DNA of 63,884 nucleotides, the filler included, from Reticulomyxa filosa (Eukaryota > Protista > Foraminifera), in the NCBI GenBank assembly GCA_000512085.1. It is 20 parts of 20 records of this genome, joined end to end, with 100 filler letters (N's around TTAATTAATTAA, not from the genome) between each part and the next. Parts side by side here need not be neighbours in the genome. Positions count along the whole stretch, not along the records: positions 9,596 to 14,877 come from ASPP01021893.1; positions 14,978 to 17,565 come from ASPP01042201.1; positions 17,666 to 23,227 come from ASPP01006092.1; positions 23,328 to 25,666 come from ASPP01019732.1; positions 25,767 to 27,007 come from ASPP01040278.1; 15 more parts are not named here. One strand, 5' to 3'. Every line of letters starts with the position of its first letter. The first letter of the stretch is position 1. Shown here in pieces: positions 13,459-26,047 of the stretch. A program made the position numbers and the translations under genes. Below the pieces are notes generated by a model. It was not told the DNA's origin, ran no database searches, and saw only the letters and a program-made list of their open reading frames with translations.

Positions 13459-13833
13459 CTAGTTCAATTGAGCATCAATGAAGTGCTTCAGGTGTTGCAA
13501 TAGTTCTGTTTTTATATTGTCTGGAACAGCAGATCTTGCATAAGGTGTCACTTCTTCAACCAATTCCTGGATAGATGTTTTGTCTATGCCTTTGTTAAGA
13601 ATTATATCATTACACTTATGCTTTAGCTCGTCACGCCAACCGCAGGTTATCAAATGCTCGCGGAGAAGCTCTTTAAGTCGCTCTTTTTCACCACTTTCTA
13701 TCAATTTTTCATGAATTTTGTGTCTGATTGCGATTGCTTTCGTGCGGTACTCGTTGTGGTTGGAAGTGTCGTCACAATCTTGTTTATTTTTTGTATTATT
13801 TGAAGCAGGATTTGGTTTGGTGGCAGGATCCAT
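13459..13833 (-). CDS. ENY2: Transcription and mRNA export factor ENY2/Sus1
   Basis: Intronless 124-aa ORF: LIESGEKERLKELLREHLITCGWRDELK..C...GI......LVEEVTPYARSAVPDNIKTELL. Confidence 0.92.
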   Translation of the reverse strand: MDPATKPNPASNNTKNKQDCDDTSNHNEYRTKAIAIRHKIHEKLIESGEKERLKELLREHLITCGWRDELKHKCNDIILNKGIDKTSIQELVEEVTPYARSAVPDNIKTELLQHLKHFIDAQLN

Positions 13834-14706
13834 TTGTATTATTGGTATTTTGCTTGTTGTTGTAATGAATAATCTCAGAGAAAGTAGGGTTAATTTATTT
13901 TAGTTCAGCTTTTAGCAAAACTGCACAGTTTTTTGGTCTTGAAGAATTCATAATTGAAATCTGATAAAATCTTTTTACGAATTTCTAATTTCATAAGGAT
14001 AATATTTTTAATTTTTTTAAAGTAATATCATGCCTTTTTGATTATTGTATTTTTGTTTTTACTGTTTTATTTTACTTTTTATTTTTATTGATATAATTTC
14101 AAATTTATATTTTCTTTTATTTGTAATTTCCAAGATTTATGAATATGTTAAATGCAAAATACCAATTTTTTAATATAATTACATCATGTGCACAAGCAAG
14201 CAGTTTTGCTATGTTCAACTAGAAACTTTAGATGCAAGCTTATATATGAAATTGTGTGCAGTTATCATTAAACGGTCAAAGCTTTATTACTTAGGCCAAT
14301 GGTCCTGATGAGAATAAACAGGATATTAGATTTACACAGCGAGATTTTATAAAACATATCTTCTCCAGCAGAAAATGAGTAATTTTACTTTTAATCAAGT
14401 AAATATTCGAGTCCTACAATTGCCTGGTTTATTCAAACTTAGAATCTCTACGTAAAGGACAATAAAAATAAAAATAAAAACACGAAAATAAAATGAAAAT
14501 AAAAACCACACATAAGCAAAGGAAAGAAGATTCTTGACCCTTGAACGTTGAACGTTTTTATTTCTTCTTTTATTGAAGAGGATAGAAAGCCAAGAAACAG
14601 GTGTCCATTAAAAAAAATGAACACACTAAAAAACAATACAAAAAAACATGAATTTTAGAACAATCCTGTTTACCTCTGAAAAAACAATTAGTAAGTGTTT
14701 TCTGTC

Positions 14707-14850
14707 CTATTCTTTTTGAGTGTTCAACAGAATCTTGCGTATAACATCCAGTTCTTCCTTGCTGGCTTGAGCGGAAAAATCGTTGATTTTTTTCATCAAT
14801 AGTACTGGTCTAATACTGGCCATTCGTTTGAAGACTTCACGTCGTTCATG
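14707..14850 (-). CDS. Last exon of an unknown protein
   Basis: After an AG acceptor it reads HERREVFKRMASIRPVLLMKKINDFSAQASKEELDVIRKILLNTQKE*. The contig ends in the upstream intron's A-run. Confidence 0.55.
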   Translation of the reverse strand, partial: HERREVFKRMASIRPVLLMKKINDFSAQASKEELDVIRKILLNTQKE

Positions 14851-14977
14851 CTAAAAAAATGTTGTTTTTTTTTTTTTNNNNNNNNNNNNNNNNNNNNNNN
14901 NNNNNNNNNNNNNNNNNNNNNTTAATTAATTAANNNNNNNNNNNNNNNNNNNNNNNNNNNNNNNNNNNNNNNNNNNN

Positions 14978-15199
14978 TCTAAACCTTTAATTCAAAAAGG
15001 CGCAGATAAAAAAGATATCAAAAAATTGGAAGATTTTTGTCAAAAGTTAACACCATGCTTACCCAACTTAAACAAATCAATTGAATCAGGCTCAAAAGAA
15101 GAAGGATTAGCTGTTGACGTTGCAAATCACTTGGAGAAGTTCTTGGAAACTGTGATAGTATTTGTCCGTAGCTCAAAAGAGGCTCTTAGTAACGTATAA
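14978..15199 (+). CDS. 3' end of an unknown helical protein
   Basis: Open frame from the contig start, SKPLIQKGADKKDIKKLEDFCQKL...SSKEALSNV*, followed by AT-rich UTR-like DNA. Confidence 0.5.
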   Translation, partial: SKPLIQKGADKKDIKKLEDFCQKLTPCLPNLNKSIESGSKEEGLAVDVANHLEKFLETVIVFVRSSKEALSNV

Positions 15200-15960
15200 A
15201 CCAAAAAAAAAATAATTTTTTTTTGTTGTTGACAAATAAGTTATCTTAAAAAAAAACTTCAACAAATACAAAAATCAAAGAAGTGTACATTGAGTATTAT
15301 TTTAAGGTCTTGGATAAGTTGCTTATCTCGCAAATATCGACAAAAAACACTTATAGTTGGTATTGTCCAAAAAATAATATTCATTGTATTAATATGAGAA
15401 AGAACTTAAAATCACTTAAAAAAAAAAAAAAATTTATAATTCTCGAAAAGAATTAAATCAATAAATCTCTGTATATAGTGAGAAGAATGAAAAACAAAAA
15501 CAGAAAACAAGTGATTTTTAAGCGTTAGTTGTTGTAAAAGAATTCAGTACAGTTCACTTGGACTACATCTTTAAAATAAAAAATAAAATCAGATGTCTAA
15601 TTGCGAAATACTAATCAACACTTCACTACAAATAGTCATCCATCTGTTTGCACAGAAGGTCAAAAAAGGGAATATCAGCTATCAATTCCAGTTCTTTTTG
15701 CTCACCGAAGCAAGTTCCTAATTCAGTGTTAAGACCTTTCACTAATTAGTGAAATTTAACAGTAAACAAGGTGAGTGTATTATAAGTGAAAAATGAATAT
15801 TATTTTAAAAAATTCACAGAAATCATATAACATATTGACTTCTTTTTAACCATTTTGAAAAAAAAATTATTGAAGAATTTTTGTTTTGAATAAAAGAAGA
15901 TGCTGATGACATAGTTTGTGTATTGAAATATTACAATAATATAATCATATAATAATGTAT

Positions 15961-17565
15961 TGTAGGGCAAGTCCCTATTATGAGTATCTGAGTGTCAAGG
16001 GAACGGAGGAATCCACATTATGTTAAACTTCCTCAACCCTTATTCTCTTCTTGGTAAACACATCTCGTATTACAGTTAGTGTACCACTAATTTTTTTTTT
16101 TAAAAATATCTATAAGTCTTGTAGTTTTTAAATATGAAAAAATTTGAAAATTTCTTAATTTTAATAAAGGTGCAAATGATACGCATTCTCGCAAAATTTT
16201 CAAAAATCATTTGAAATGCAAGATAAGGACAGACAGAATAACATAGAAATAGCGTCACTCATTTGTACTGACATCAATGATCAGCTAGCGTTGAAGAAAC
16301 AATTGTCAATATTGGATGAACAGGTCAAGAAATTAACACAACTGTTGGAGCACAAAGGACCACAAGTTATGACAGAGCAAAAATATCAAGACAAAGATGA
16401 TGTTAAATTGGACTACAAGTCAGATTTTAGTGTTCATGCGACCAAACAGATATTGAGTTAGCAGCCTTTTGTGATACAACTACGAAATGATGTTAGAACA
16501 GATATGGATATTCGCCATCTGGACTACGATGTAATGAAGTTGGAAATGGAACCATTCAATCGCTTTCGTTATATCTTCAACAGATGCAGAGATAATTTTT
16601 TCAAGTTGGCATGTAAGGCTACATATCAAATTTAAGATGAATTTTGTAAGAAATATGTAGTAGCTCAATGTTTGTCTATCGATGTTCAAGAAATGGCACT
16701 TGCATAGAACAGCAATACATTTAATTTGTTGATGTTGTGGATGTGTAAAATATTTGATGTAAGCACTACGTACCAAAAATGACTTTAGGAACTGCTTTAA
16801 TTTAGCACAAGTCATAACGAGGGACCCAATGATATTCTACTAAGATGGAGACAAGAAAAGTTCGCGTTAAAGTTGGAATTGGAATACGATGCAGAATTTA
16901 ATATCCTAGCAAGAAAGAGGTTAAAACCATCGGATGAAAGGTTAATGGAATCGTTGCTAAGATCTATGGTTGGAATCTTGATACGACTGGTATATGAACA
17001 AACTCCGGCGACACTAAATGAAAACAAAAACAAGCATAAAGATAGTTTTGAAATAAGCGATTCTGTTCTATTACTCGTAGGGGACCAGATAGTATGTAAC
17101 AAATTGTTGACAAAATTTGTTGGTCCGTATAAAATTATTCAACGCATGGCCCAGTAACTCTTAAGATCAAGAGCGAACAAAGCTTTGAAAAGGTTTTGCA
17201 TGTTTCAAAGTTGCTAAAGTTGTACATGGAAAATGAAAACAAAGAGTCAGAAACATTGTCCGAACAATAACTTCTTCCATTGGAACCATTAGAAATATGC
17301 CATTGGAACAAGCTGACCTGTTACCACCATTAGAGACAATTGACAAGCTACCTTCATCATTGGAAACAATTGACAAGTTGCCTCAATCATTGGAACCATT
17401 AAACAAGTCACTTCCACCGTTGGAACCATTGAATAATGTCGATGAAGTGGTAGTCATATAGCGTAAAAAGATAATGAACAACTTAAACACACACATTATC
17501 ACAGACGATCAAGCATGCTTTATGTTACTCAGATGGAGCAAAGAGGGTGGAATGTAGGGCAAGTC
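15961..17565 (+). mobile_element. Degenerate Ty3/gypsy-type LTR retrotransposon (internally deleted)
   Basis: 5' LTR 15961-16074 (TGTAGGGCAAGTC...GTATTACA). The same LTR start recurs at 17553 directly after a purine tract AAAGAGGGTGGAA (17540-17552). The interior carries an integrase C-terminal GPY/F remnant (VGDQ...KLLTKFVGPYKIIQR) and broken frames. Confidence 0.75.
17281..17440 (+). repeat. Degenerate ~30-bp tandem repeat encoding PLE(T/P)IDKLP-like peptides at the end of the retroelement pol remnant
   Basis: CATTGGAA(A/C)CA(A/T)T...ACAAG units recur several times. Translation: PLETIDKLPSSLETIDKLPQSLEPLNKSLPPLEPLNN. Confidence 0.65.
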
Positions 17566-17665
17566 NNNNNNNNNNNNNNNNNNNNNNNNNNNNNNNNNNN
17601 NNNNNNNNNTTAATTAATTAANNNNNNNNNNNNNNNNNNNNNNNNNNNNNNNNNNNNNNNNNNNN

Positions 17666-17714
17666 ATTACAGTTAGTGTACCAATACTATCAGCAGACGT
17701 CCCACAACATCAAC
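17666..17714 (+). mobile_element. LTR 3' end and leader junction of the same LTR family
   Basis: The contig starts ATTACA-GTTAGTGTACCAATACTATCAGCAGACGTCCCACAA, matching 16069-16086 and 54838-54879. Confidence 0.7.
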
Positions 17715-18722
17715 TTTTTTGGTGTTGTGTGTGAAATCATGCAATAAATAAATATCATTTTATTTATAGCTATTGATATTTAAATGTATAATGTAATTGT
17801 ATAGTCATTTCCACATTCAATTCATTTAGAATTTATTCAATTTAAATTCATAAAAGTATATTTTAGATAAACTTGCTGTTTTGTTTGTTAGTACATATCA
17901 CACAGCGTCAACTGTTTTATCATTTATGCTTTCAATAATATGTATACCTATAATTACAAGCCTTTTTAAACATTTGGAATATAACGCTCTTAGTTTAATG
18001 TTGATCGACGAATTTTTGTACTTTTGTTTCAGTCGAACAAAATTATAGTTGCTGCAGCAATACTTGATACATAATTACTTTAGTTCTTTGATCAGATATC
18101 GGTGCAAAGTAATTACAGTCTAGTTTTGCTTGTCAAAAAAAAATTGTAGTCCTATTGTGAACTAGTCGTTAAATTTCTTTTTGTTGTTCTTGCAAAAGAA
18201 ATTATGACATACTTTTAAGCCAATGTCCTTAATTATGAAACACTTTAATCACTTTTTTCACAAAAAAAAAGGAACAACCAAAAGTGCAATCATACCACAA
18301 AATTAAATAATTGCCTATGTAGTTCTCAAAGAATTGTTGCAACTTGTGACGAGCAAAAAATGTAGAATTTAAGAAGCGTAAAGTTACATCAGACGCAATG
18401 TAATGAATACAATGTAACACTGCAAAAAAAGAGGCAACAACACAATAAGAGTCCAGTAGTATTGGACAAACATTATTTTCATACTCAATCATTTGAGTTT
18501 ACACCTTCATACATACAACACTAATATAAAATAGAATGAACAAATTCTTTGATGCGAATAAGTAAATACATAAATAGCAAATAGAAATATCCGAGACAAA
18601 ACAACACTAAGAAGATTTACTTTTTCAGTTCTTTTGTTGTGAAGAATTTGTTTAACCTATGTTTGAAGAGAGAAAAAACAGAAACAATAAAAGAACATTG
18701 CAAAAATATTTAGAGAAAAAAA

Positions 18723-21700
18723 TCAATCTTGATTTGTGCTTTCATCCAAAGAAAATGTTTCTCTCAACGATTTTTGGATGACATTTTCGTCGATTTGAAT
18801 AGTATTGGTAGATTTGGTTGGATTTTGGCTCTGATAAAGTAAAGGAGTATTAGTTGCCTCCCATATTTGGCTCGTGGTCAAATCATTTGGTTTAGATTTT
18901 TTAGTTTTATGTGTTGTAACGTTAGAATAAGAAGTACTTACAAGTGAGGTAGGATGTGACTGTGCTTTTTTGGTTTCAGTGCGATTCGAAGTGGCTGATT
19001 TTGCTTCATGTGTGATAAGAAGAGGAGATGTGTGTTTTTTGGGAATAGTAACAGTATAGAAAGGAACCGGCGGTGAAGGTGGATTTTGCAAAATGAGATA
19101 CAGTTCTTCGTCACTTGCGTTCAAATGAGCAGGCAAAACAGCAGTCAAACCGGCATTTGCGACTTTCTGAAAATCTCTTCTCAGTTCCTCTTTCAGTAGC
19201 AAATTATCACCGCCGTAATTCTTCATATCTAAATCAATTGGATGTGGCTCTTCAGTTTCGATTATGTTTGCTGTGTTCGTGGCTGATTTCGTTTCGGCAA
19301 AGTACTGTGCGGTCAAGCGTGCTGATTGAGATCTTTTGTATTGCTTTCGTTTGTGTGTTTGTTGCTTGCTATAGACGTCAATCAACAACCACACCAAAGG
19401 TAACTTCAAAAAAAAAAAAAAAAAAGGATTGAATCTTTTATATGTCAAGTACTTATTTGTTTGTTTGTTTGTTCGACTTTGTATATCAAAACTGTAATGG
19501 ATTGTGAGCATTTAAATGTCTATTTTTGGAAATTGCCGTGTTTGAAAATACCGATGGCATGGGCTGACTATTTTTGTGCTTCTTCATTGTGTGCGAGTCA
19601 AGTGATACTTTGGTGGGCTTTGACAATGTTGGCTCTGCAATGGTCACCGAAAAACCGTCATTGAATTCATCGTCGTCATCATCATCATCGTCATTGTCAT
19701 TGTTATCATTATCATTATCATTATCATTATCATTATCATTGTCATTGTCGTTATCATTGCCGTTGCCATCGCCATCCCCGTCGTCGTCGATTTCGTGCAC
19801 TTTCGCAAACGTTTCATTGTTGCCAACGGATCCATGTTTTTTGTTTTTATGAATCGTCTCGTTTGCATCACTCCTCACGTTCGTGGACACACCATCGTCG
19901 GTGGACACAATACTCGGAGTGGAATATTCGTTTTCATAAATTGCCAGTCGTATCAGATAGGCCATCAGCTGTGGAGTTGTGTGAGACTCGTCATAGTCTC
20001 CGCCCGGAGCCAATACCTTTCCTGTGTTGGAAAAAATACACAAGACATTCCGATAATGGAAAAGAATGTAAACTTAAATTTAGAACAGTAAAATGAAAAA
20101 GAAAAAGAAAAAGAAAAACCTAGATGGCTATGAGTCTTTGTATTTTGAACTCGATTGTCCAAGCTCATCATAGACGAGGTCATAGAAGGTTTATTGCGTC
20201 TTGACATGAACGACGAAGCGGTCAGACCCCCTTGCGTCGATGAGGCGAGATTGGATTCGTGCAACGTTATGGTTTGTTTGATGGTTTCTGGTGAGCCAAT
20301 TGGCACATTTTCAATGCCCGCGTCGTGCGTGTCGTCATAGCTGTTGTCAATGATACTGTTATCGCTGTTCAAATTGGAGGCGCTGAGTCCATCGTCTGCG
20401 GCGAGACTTTGTTCATACAACGAACACTCATCCATGTCAATGGGATCATCCCAGTTCTCCAAGCCCGATTTGAACACAAAACAATATTGCGCTCGCACTT
20501 GATTCACAACAGTCTCTGTCCAAGCGAATGCGTCTTCCATCAAGTGCACATTTTCGCCTGATTTGGTATTTATGCATTTAATATTTATAAGACATATATA
20601 TACATATATATATATATGTATATATAAATCAAGCACAAAAAAAAAAAAAAAAAATGATCCTTTATTTGAGATTGTTATTTTTTTTGGACTTGTGCACAAT
20701 TCATGAATTCTTGCTGCTTGTGTGGCAACAGCGCTAATGAAGAAACGGTCGAGAAATACAACGACGAAGTCAGGTCAAACTTCAAAGCCAAAGGCTTACG
20801 CAAGTCATGTCCGTCGCTGTGGCTATACTCGTGACTGTTGTCAAAGCAATAAGCGTCCATCAATTCCGCGCCCATATCATCGTAGTTGAAGTCGTTGCAC
20901 TCTATACGTATTTCATAAACACGACGCTTTGGATTTCGAAATATTTTGAATGTTGCTCGTCGATAACTGGCTCATTTTTGTTTGTTTTTATTTTTATTAT
21001 TATTGTAAAAAACAATTTTAAAAATTAAATTTTTCAAACCAATCAAAAAAACTTTTTTTCTCTCAAGTGTAACACGATTGCAACCACTCAACAAAAAAAA
21101 AAAAAAGAAGAACTAAACATTCTTCTCCATTGTGCGGTGGCGAAATGGATTTTATCTTTTTCGTTGCCTCCTCCAAATTGTGAATGATAAAAATTTTTCC
21201 GAAAAAGCTGCCCAAAGCATACGGCTACATCTCCTCCACTTCTATGCATGACAGTAATTCTATTGGAAGCCTTCAACAAACATGACGGTGACAATGTGTG
21301 TTGTTTTGGGACCGTGTCTGTGGTCTTGGTTGACTCACCCGAACCATTGTTGTTGGAGTTGGGATACAACGAACTTGCACTTGCTATCATTGTCAATCCA
21401 AGGTTCAAACTTTGCAAACAAAATTCAATTTCGTTGATGTGCTCTTCCAATTGTGTCAACATGTATTCTTTTCAAATCCGAATTGCATTGATTGGAGTGA
21501 AATATTTTTATTGTTTATTTTGATTTTTTTTTAAATATAAAAATTGTTAAAAAAAAACAAACAAACAAACAAACAAAAAAAACAGACCTTTGTCCATCAG
21601 CTTCGATTTATCTTTACTACAACTTGCCAAAAATGCATACACTTGCTTTAAAACTTCCTTGCTTTGGTGCACTGTCTCAGCCACCGCTGATCCTTTATGC

Positions 21701-22012
21701 TGAGACCAAAGCAGGCAAAAATTCAACGGCTGAGATATCACCACAATTCGTCGTAGCAGCCATTCCAAACGTGTTCGCACTTTTGGGTGTAAGTTTTGCA
21801 TTTCCGACGGTTGCAACAATATGGTTTCACTAACCCATTTGCTTAGATTTGATAAGGTGCTATTACAACATATTTCTTTCTCAAGTAAGAAAATTACTTC
21901 ATTTTTTTTTTGGAAACGAGCAAAAAAGCACAAAATGGATCCACCTTAGGGTCGTGCCAACACCACGAGTGGCAGAATACAATTTATAGGCGGTGGCGCC
22001 AAAAGCAAGCAT
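18723..22012 (-). CDS. Yrb30-like RanGTP-binding family protein (spliced)
   Basis: ATG at 22012 (MLAFGATAYKLYSATRGVGTTL). The exons give RIVVISQPLNFC, LEEHINEIEFCLQSLNLGLT, LSPSCLLKAS, WRRIYRRATFKI, LMAYLIRLAIYE and HLNASDEELYLIL, in the order of the conserved blocks I recall for fungal Yrb30. A D/N low-complexity insert lies at ~19670-19790. Confidence 0.55.
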
Positions 22013-23327
22013 TGATTATTATTTTTAATATTATTTTTATGTTGGTTTTTGAGAATGTGCCAAATATTAAGTATTTTTTTTTTGTTTGTTTCAAAAATTC
22101 CAATAACTCGTTATAGTGCTCGTTCTTACACGTAATATAACGTTTACACTCATTTTCATAAAAATTACTTTGAATTTTGATTGGATTGTGTGGAAAGAAA
22201 AGATTGGAGTACGTAGAGATAGTAATATGTAAAAACATGTAACATTAAATACGTATGTCCATAATTTTACAACAAAAGCAAGACAACGCCAAAACCAAAG
22301 AAAAGTAAACAACTGCGGTTAATATTTGCAACGTGCTCGTCAAACGTTAGAGAACAAATATTCACAAAATCAAAAAAACGGTAAGATGATAATAACAATT
22401 TCGCTTTCAATAATTGAATTCTATAATACATATGTTACGAATCGCTGGTGTCTCTCTTGGGACAAAAATAAGTGAGAATTGTGGTTACACGGACTCAAAT
22501 CTTCTTTGCGTGTACGTCACGTTTCTCGGATTTGTGAAAAAACAAAGTGACACTATAAGTATGCTGCATCAAGAAAAACTTTTCTACTATGTTTCGCTAC
22601 GGTAGTGTCTACCAGCAAATATCCCGTTATAAAATCGAAATTTAATGAAGTATCACATAATATGGTGCTTTCTGTCTTATTTTGGATGTAGAAAGTGTGA
22701 TCGAGAGTAGTTGGCCGTAATATTAACTAGTAATGAAGATGTGCATGGTCCAATATCCTGTTATCACAAAAAAATATGCATTTGCCAATGTTCTCATGTC
22801 CCTTTATGTAATATGCATATTATTTTTAAAAACTCTTGGAAACCTTTAAATGTCAATTGGAATGTATTGTTTTTCTTTCACAAAATGTGAACCAGACACT
22901 AGTACACTAACACAAACTCGAGTATTCGCTCATTCTTTTTTTAAAAAGGCTATTTAAAAAGTGAATGCCTTCTATTTCGTTTGGAAATCAGATTAGACGG
23001 CTCTCAAAATAGAGGGGACACGGTGACAAACGTGTTGTCTTCTAATCAAACAGGCAAAAAAAACGTTCCAATCCCAAATTAAAAACACACAAACAACAAA
23101 GGAGACAAAATCCAAAGCTTGGAAGGGTCGTGAATTTTCAGAGTGGAAAAACTCAACAAAAAGAAAATTGAAAAACAAAGAATTTAGTTTTCTCTTTTTT
23201 TTTTTTTTTTTTCTAAAAAAAAAAAAGNNNNNNNNNNNNNNNNNNNNNNNNNNNNNNNNNNNNNNNNNNNNTTAATTAATTAANNNNNNNNNNNNNNNNN
23301 NNNNNNNNNNNNNNNNNNNNNNNNNNN

Positions 23328-24620
23328 CAAAAACGAATACGTCCAATAACGACCATTATCCAAGGCCAAAAGTGTATTCATCATCACAAGGGCGACGAGA
23401 GGGATGAACTTCGTATTTAGAAAACATCCATTATATGACACCACTGGAACAGTTGAACAAATTCTCCCAGAAGGAGGATGGATGAATGAAAGAAAGATTA
23501 TTCCGCGTTGGATTTATTTTTTAAAAAAAAAAAAATAGTCTGTCGATTTTACTTTGGTTATGGAATGATTATTCACACCCGCGAAGTGGCCACTTTGCGC
23601 ATCTTTAGACATAAGTCTACCTTCACAAAGTGCGCCCCTTCAATGGAAGCTACGTAAGCGCAGACCAATGATAATGGCGATGACGACGACGAAACGCAGC
23701 CCATATTCTCTTTTACTCATTTGTCAATTATTTCAACACATTGGGCTAGTGTTGTGTGCGCCAATATTTGAGTGCTGTATTCCAGAGACTTTGACTTGGT
23801 GCTTGGAAGAGCTACAAAAAGAGGCAATGTCGTGCCAGTCGATAATTGGGTCAACAATGCAAAAGTCACTCCATTATTGACAATGTGTTGGTGCTGCTGG
23901 GTGGATACGTGAACAATATTTTATGTCAACGGTCGAGCTCCCCTTTCCCTCTCAAAGACGTCGCTAATGTTGTAAATTGTTCGGATTCGAAAAATGGAAG
24001 GTCTGCTATTGACAAGACCGTCACTCAAAATGGTAGCTCTTGGGGACGAGATTTTCAATTATAACAACTTTGTTATTTTGCACGACTGGACGGACTTGGA
24101 GGAACATTGTCATTGAAATTAAAGTGCCCATTCGAACAAGAGCCAATGAATTGCTGTTATTCGGTTGGCCATTTATGTGCCTGTTTTCTTTACTGTTACC
24201 TAATGCTATAATCATGCTTGGCTCCATGGCTTGAAAAAGTTTTTTTGTGTGTATATATTCAACATAACATCTTATACGTATATTGATTATTTATTTATAT
24301 GTGTGTTGCTTGAAATGTTGAATAGATATTTAAATATGGAGATGGACATACACTACATGAAGTTTGGATTGCAGATGGACAAGTTGTCGCTGTTTACATT
24401 GCTATTGGTGATGCGTGAGTATAGCGATAGCAACGGTGTGCATTAAAGTATGAATCGTGGCATTATGCTTATGGCATATAATTTGAAAAAAATTGAAGGT
24501 CTATATCATGTAATATGCATGGTGGATTGAAAGAAAATTGACTAATTTGAAAGTGGTGATCTGATCATGTCGTGATTATATGCGCAGCCTATGTTCCAAG
24601 TTGTAGTGCTTTTTTATAAT
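23328..24620 (+). pseudogene. Degraded coding-like sequence, product unidentified
   Basis: Higher-GC segments bounded by GT/AG sites (e.g. exon IFKYGDGHTLHEVWIADGQVVAVYIAIGD), but with stops or frameshifts in every frame. Confidence 0.35.
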
Positions 24621-26047
24621 GTGATTGATCGTTTGTGTGAATTGTGTTTTCTTTTGATATTTTTTTTTGGAATGATAATTTCACATTCACATTTTTCCAG
24701 CATCTGATTTCCTTCTTATCCAATTATATTCATCACAAAAAATTTCTGAATTTTGATATTTTAAATCTAAAAGAAAATCGAAAATGTCCAGATAGTTTCA
24801 ATTTGGTTTTCACTTATGTCTTTGAAAAAACTGATAACTGGAATTAATTGCAGGTGGTAGTATGCAATATACTAATTTTGCTCTATTATATGTTTAGAGT
24901 TGGTGCCAAGAAAAAAAACAATAACATTAGATATCAAGTGCTCCAAAAGAGTCACGCTTAAACGTCAACTGTGCGAAATATGAATTGATTCTTGCCACTA
25001 TTCCTGCAAAAAAGACTTTGAGTAGTATCCTCTTGCCGTCATGTGGGAGTAGATGGCAAGAAGAATACATACAACAGAAAGGAACAAAAAGACAATAAAG
25101 AAAAAGAAAAGGAAGAAGAAGTAGAGTCTGAATCCAATGAAACTAATGAGAACATAAATGGCAGTAATGTTGGTGATTGGAAGTTGGGAAGATGACTGCA
25201 AGCAATAACAAGAATGATTATTAAATAAGAAGGAATGTATGCGATAAAAAGATGCAGAATATTCTATTTTAAGTTTTTATGATTGAAAAATAAGGAACAA
25301 AGAGTCAAAGGTATGATAAAACTGGTAATGACATCAATCTGTATCGTGATCGGGTCACATTCAAATGTAGGATCAAATTACATTTCAATTAGAGTAGTTT
25401 GAAGAAAAATAGCAATAACAATAATTTTTAAATATTTCGTAGTTGATGCTATCTAAAAAAAGATAACAACAATTGAAACCAGACACCATTTGAACTTAAT
25501 CATAGTTTTGTTTGACCCAACTAATTGTAATTGTTGCAAAGAGAGAGTAAAACATTGCAGGCATTGGACAGTAAAAATTCATTTGCCTTTTGGTGGTTGG
25601 GTGCGCAAATTCTAACAAATGGGGTGTTGTGCATGAAAATAATTTCTGTTCCAATCACATTCATATNNNNNNNNNNNNNNNNNNNNNNNNNNNNNNNNNN
25701 NNNNNNNNNNTTAATTAATTAANNNNNNNNNNNNNNNNNNNNNNNNNNNNNNNNNNNNNNNNNNNNTATCTTCTTTTTCATCACTTGGCATGAAAAATTT
25801 AGATTCATATCAATATTGTTAGTGCTTTTTAGAAGAATTAAATCACTTTTTTTTTAATTTTATGTCCATAAAAACAATATTTTTGTTTTAATTAATAAAA
25901 ATTAGATACAACAATTCATTTGAAGAAGAATCATAAACACACATTCATAGAATCAACAGCTAAAATAAAAAAAACATCATTCTAAAAATACACAAATATT
26001 CATAGATGTTTATTTTAGGGAATACTTTTTTTTCTCAATCTTATTAT

